NCBI GenBank assembly: GCA_963811025.1
Contig: CAWEPX010000003.1
Span: forward strand, 115,190-179,189
Length of the DNA stretch: 64,000 nt
From: an uncultured delta proteobacterium
GTDB lineage: Bacteria; Desulfobacterota; Deferrimicrobia; Deferrimicrobiales; Deferrimicrobiaceae
Reading direction: 5' to 3'
Position numbers and translations under genes: made by a program. Positions 61,351 to 64,000 of the stretch are shown piece after piece. The notes beneath the pieces were generated by a model. It searched no databases, was not told where the DNA came from, and saw only the letters and a list, made by a program, of their open reading frames with translations. The first letter of the stretch is position 1, and each line of letters opens with the position of its first letter.

Positions 61351-62142
61351 ATGATTGATCTGGGCTGGTTCGGGCACATCGCGTTCGACGCGGCGTTCTT
61401 CTCCGCGCTGTTCAGCATCATCGTCATCAACCTGATTTTGTCCGGAGACAATGCGGTCGTCATCGCCCTGGCGGTCCGGTCTCTTCCGAAACGACAGAGA
61501 CTATGGGGCATCATCCTGGGATCGCTGCTCGCCGTGGTGCTCCGGATCGTCCTCACCTTCTTCGCCGCGCAGCTGCTCCTCATCTCCTTCCTGAAGCTGA
61601 TCGGCGGGCTCCTGATCGCCTGGATCGCGGTGAAGCTGTTTACGGAAGGGCACGGAGACGAAAATATCGAGGCGGCCGCGGGCTTGTGGCAGGCGGTGAA
61701 GATCATCTGCATCGCCGACCTCATCATGTCCACCGACAACGTGCTGGCGATCGCCGGAGCATCGAAAGGGAATATGTTCCTCCTGCTGTTCGGCCTGGGG
61801 ACGAGCATTCCCCTCGTGGTCGGCACGAGCACCCTCCTGTCCATGCTGATGGACAGGTACCCGATCATCATCACCCTCGGTTCCGCCATCCTGGGGAAGG
61901 TCGCGGGCGAGATGATCATCACGGATCCCTGGATCCACAAGACGTTCCATCCTCCGCACTGGGTGGAGTATGCGACGATGGCCGTGTTCACCGTCGGCGT
62001 GGTCGTGGTCGGAAAGATCATGCTGAAACGAAAGATCGCCAAATCGGAGGCGGATGGCGCGGCGAATGCGGGCCTCCATGGAACGGAACCGGAACAGGTG
62101 GCAGCGGGCAGCGAGCAGACCCGGAAAACAGGGAAGGTGTAG
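61351..62142 (+). CDS. TerC-family integral membrane protein (copy 2, tandem paralog)
   Basis: About 85% identical to copy 1 at both nucleotide and protein level. 263 aa. Confidence 0.8.
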   Translation: MIDLGWFGHIAFDAAFFSALFSIIVINLILSGDNAVVIALAVRSLPKRQRLWGIILGSLLAVVLRIVLTFFAAQLLLISFLKLIGGLLIAWIAVKLFTEGHGDENIEAAAGLWQAVKIICIADLIMSTDNVLAIAGASKGNMFLLLFGLGTSIPLVVGTSTLLSMLMDRYPIIITLGSAILGKVAGEMIITDPWIHKTFHPPHWVEYATMAVFTVGVVVVGKIMLKRKIAKSEADGAANAGLHGTEPEQVAAGSEQTRKTGKV

Positions 62143-62144
62143 AC

Positions 62145-62951
62145 ATGGCCATCGTGACGATCGCAAGATTGATTGGGGGCGGCGGGGAGGAGATCGGCAA
62201 GGAGGTCGCCGAGAAGCTGGGGTACGAGTATATCGGAAAGAATCGAATCCTCAAGGGCGTCGAGGTGAGCGGGGAGAAGTGGCTGGATTGGGGAAGGGAG
62301 CTGGACGAACACGCCCCCTCCCCCTGGGAGCGATTCGACCGCTCGTTCACCGGATTCGTGTCGCTGGTGGAAAGCGCCATATGCAGTTATGCCCTCGAGG
62401 ACAGGAAGGTGATTACCGGCCGTGGAGGGAACTGGCTCCTCAAGGATGTCCCGTTCGCCCTGCGTCTCCTGATCACCGGGTCTCCGCAAGAACGGGCCAA
62501 ACGGGTGAGCGACCGGGAGCACGTCAACATCGATACGGCCCGGAGGATGATCGAGTTCAGCGACCACGAGAGGATGGAGTATCTGTCTACCGTCTATCAT
62601 CGGGATCCGTTCGATCCGAGAGAGTACGACATGGTGTTCGACACGGATAAGATGGGTCAGGACGAGATCGTCCGGCTGGTCCTGGACGAAGTTCCCGCGC
62701 GAGAACAACGGGCCACGCCGGAGGCCCGGGAGACACTGCGCCGGATGGCGGTGGTGGCCAAGGTCAAGGCGGCGATCTGCACCGATCCGCGGACACATGT
62801 TCCCACGCTGGAAGTCGCCCATGACGGGAAAGGGATCGTCGTTCGCGGCATCGTTCACAGCCCGAAGGAGCAGAAGTTGGTCATGGAGATCGCAAACCGG
62901 GTGGCTATGCAGACTCCGGTCAGAAGCGAACTCCACTACCGCGGCGCCTGA
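62145..62951 (+). CDS. cytidylate-kinase-like P-loop protein with C-terminal BON domain
   Basis: ARLIGGGGEEIGKEVAEKLGYEYI P-loop-like N-terminus. C-terminal ...VAHDGKGIVVRGIVHSPKEQKLVMEIANRV BON-like segment. The ATG is 3 nt after the terC copy 2 stop. Confidence 0.6.
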   Translation: MAIVTIARLIGGGGEEIGKEVAEKLGYEYIGKNRILKGVEVSGEKWLDWGRELDEHAPSPWERFDRSFTGFVSLVESAICSYALEDRKVITGRGGNWLLKDVPFALRLLITGSPQERAKRVSDREHVNIDTARRMIEFSDHERMEYLSTVYHRDPFDPREYDMVFDTDKMGQDEIVRLVLDEVPAREQRATPEARETLRRMAVVAKVKAAICTDPRTHVPTLEVAHDGKGIVVRGIVHSPKEQKLVMEIANRVAMQTPVRSELHYRGA

Positions 62952-62998
62952 GATTCCGCCCGCACCCCCCGGCATACGGGGAACGGGCCATCATCGTC

Positions 62999-63871
62999 CT
63001 ACCCAAGGCGGATGCACATGATCCCCGCCACGATGAGCCCCGCGCCCAGCAGGCGGATTCGCCCGAAACGTTCCCGGAAGAGAAGGATTCCCCCCACTAC
63101 GCCCGCGATGGCGCTTACCTGGCGGACCGAGGTGGCGTACGACACCTTTGCCATCTGCAGGCCGATCCGGAAGGTGATGAACGACAGGAACAGGATGAGC
63201 CCTGCCGCAACCCCTCGCGGCCAGTGGACCCGGATCTCCTCGAAAAACCGGTTCGGGGAAATCGTCATGAGGGCGTAGGCCAGCAGGAAAAGGAACAGGG
63301 AAATATCCAGGTAATAGGTGTAGACGAAGACGTCGGCCACCGTGACTCCCCGCTTGTCCACGATCGCCCCCACGGAGTAGAAGAGCCCTGCCGAGAGCGC
63401 AAACAGGACGCCGGGCTGGCGGAGGTGAAGCAGGGGAAAGGAAATTCCTGCCCGGGAAAATTCCCGCATCTGCAGGATGTATGCGCCCAGGAACACGACC
63501 AGGATGCCGCCCATCCCGAGCAGGGAGAGGCGCTCGTCGAGGAAGAGGTATGCCCACAGGGGGATGTAAAGCGGGCCCGTCGTGGTGAGCGGGTAGGCGA
63601 GGGAGACGTCTGCCCGCTCGTACGAGGCCGTAAGACACGCGTGGTAGATCGAGAAGAAGAACCCGGCCGCGAGGGCGAACGGAAGGACCGGCCCCCGGGG
63701 GAGGGGGATCGCGCCGTGTCGCACGAGCCAGTACGCCGAGAAGATGGCGATCGCCGAGGCGTGCATGAAGACGTTGAAGGCGAGTTTGTGCCGCGTCGTC
63801 TTCAGGATCAGGTTCCATCCGGCGTGCATCACCGCGGACAGCAGGATGTAGAGCAGCGCGGTATCGGGCAT
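62999..63871 (-). CDS. EamA/DMT-family transporter
   Basis: 10-TM profile with two EamA repeats. Start MPDTALLYILLSAVMHAGWN. Confidence 0.7.
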   Translation of the reverse strand: MPDTALLYILLSAVMHAGWNLILKTTRHKLAFNVFMHASAIAIFSAYWLVRHGAIPLPRGPVLPFALAAGFFFSIYHACLTASYERADVSLAYPLTTTGPLYIPLWAYLFLDERLSLLGMGGILVVFLGAYILQMREFSRAGISFPLLHLRQPGVLFALSAGLFYSVGAIVDKRGVTVADVFVYTYYLDISLFLFLLAYALMTISPNRFFEEIRVHWPRGVAAGLILFLSFITFRIGLQMAKVSYATSVRQVSAIAGVVGGILLFRERFGRIRLLGAGLIVAGIMCIRLG

Positions 63872-64000
63872 CCTGCCTACAGTACGGTGCCGGGGTTTTT
63901 TTCGCAACCGGCGCAGGGACGCAGTGTCCGGCGCACTCCCCGGAACGTGGGGTTGGAAGAGCGAAAAAAAACTCTTGACGGGAGAAGCGTGCGTGGTATC

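Overview
This is a high-GC (~65%) chromosomal window from a Gram-negative, probably anaerobic bacterium. The calls below were made by reading the supplied six-frame ORF translations and the raw sequence; no searches were run. The first ~18 kb holds the tail of a cbiMNQ ECF Co/Ni transporter, an inositol monophosphatase, three consecutive tRNA-Ser genes on the minus strand, and a large LPS-core / sugar-modification island: DegT-type aminotransferase, three GT9 heptosyltransferases, one GT2, several GT4 glycosyltransferases, three methyltransferases and an epimerase. A minus-strand block (18.3-22.6 kb) places lexA directly upstream of an ImuA-like RecA-fold protein, a 94-aa helical protein and a family-B DNA polymerase, and a 40-bp perfect palindrome overlaps the lexA start codon. 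The rest of the window holds, in order: an enoyl-CoA hydratase; a GNAT acetyltransferase; an APC-type permease; a tetraheme cytochrome c followed by small membrane proteins, a C39-like peptidase lipoprotein and a TPR lipoprotein; a radical-SAM protein; an ECF sigma / anti-sigma pair; zur-znuACB; an outer-membrane beta-barrel; PPDK; gamma-glutamyltransferase; GTP-dependent PEP carboxykinase; UspA; a CDC48-like double AAA+ ATPase with a GntR(FCD) regulator; the four-subunit 2-oxoacid:ferredoxin oxidoreductase porGDAB; the tripartite tricarboxylate transporter tctCBA; two tandem TerC-family paralogs; a cytidylate-kinase-like/BON protein; and an EamA transporter. A dozen or more genes, including pckG, porA, ggt, tctC and most glycosyltransferases, are interrupted by single-base frameshifts; the four that could be resolved to the base (about 9345, 15190, 47836, 53842) all lie in short A/C homopolymers. 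That pattern suggests many are assembly indel errors rather than true pseudogenes. No CRISPR array or obvious mobile element was seen.
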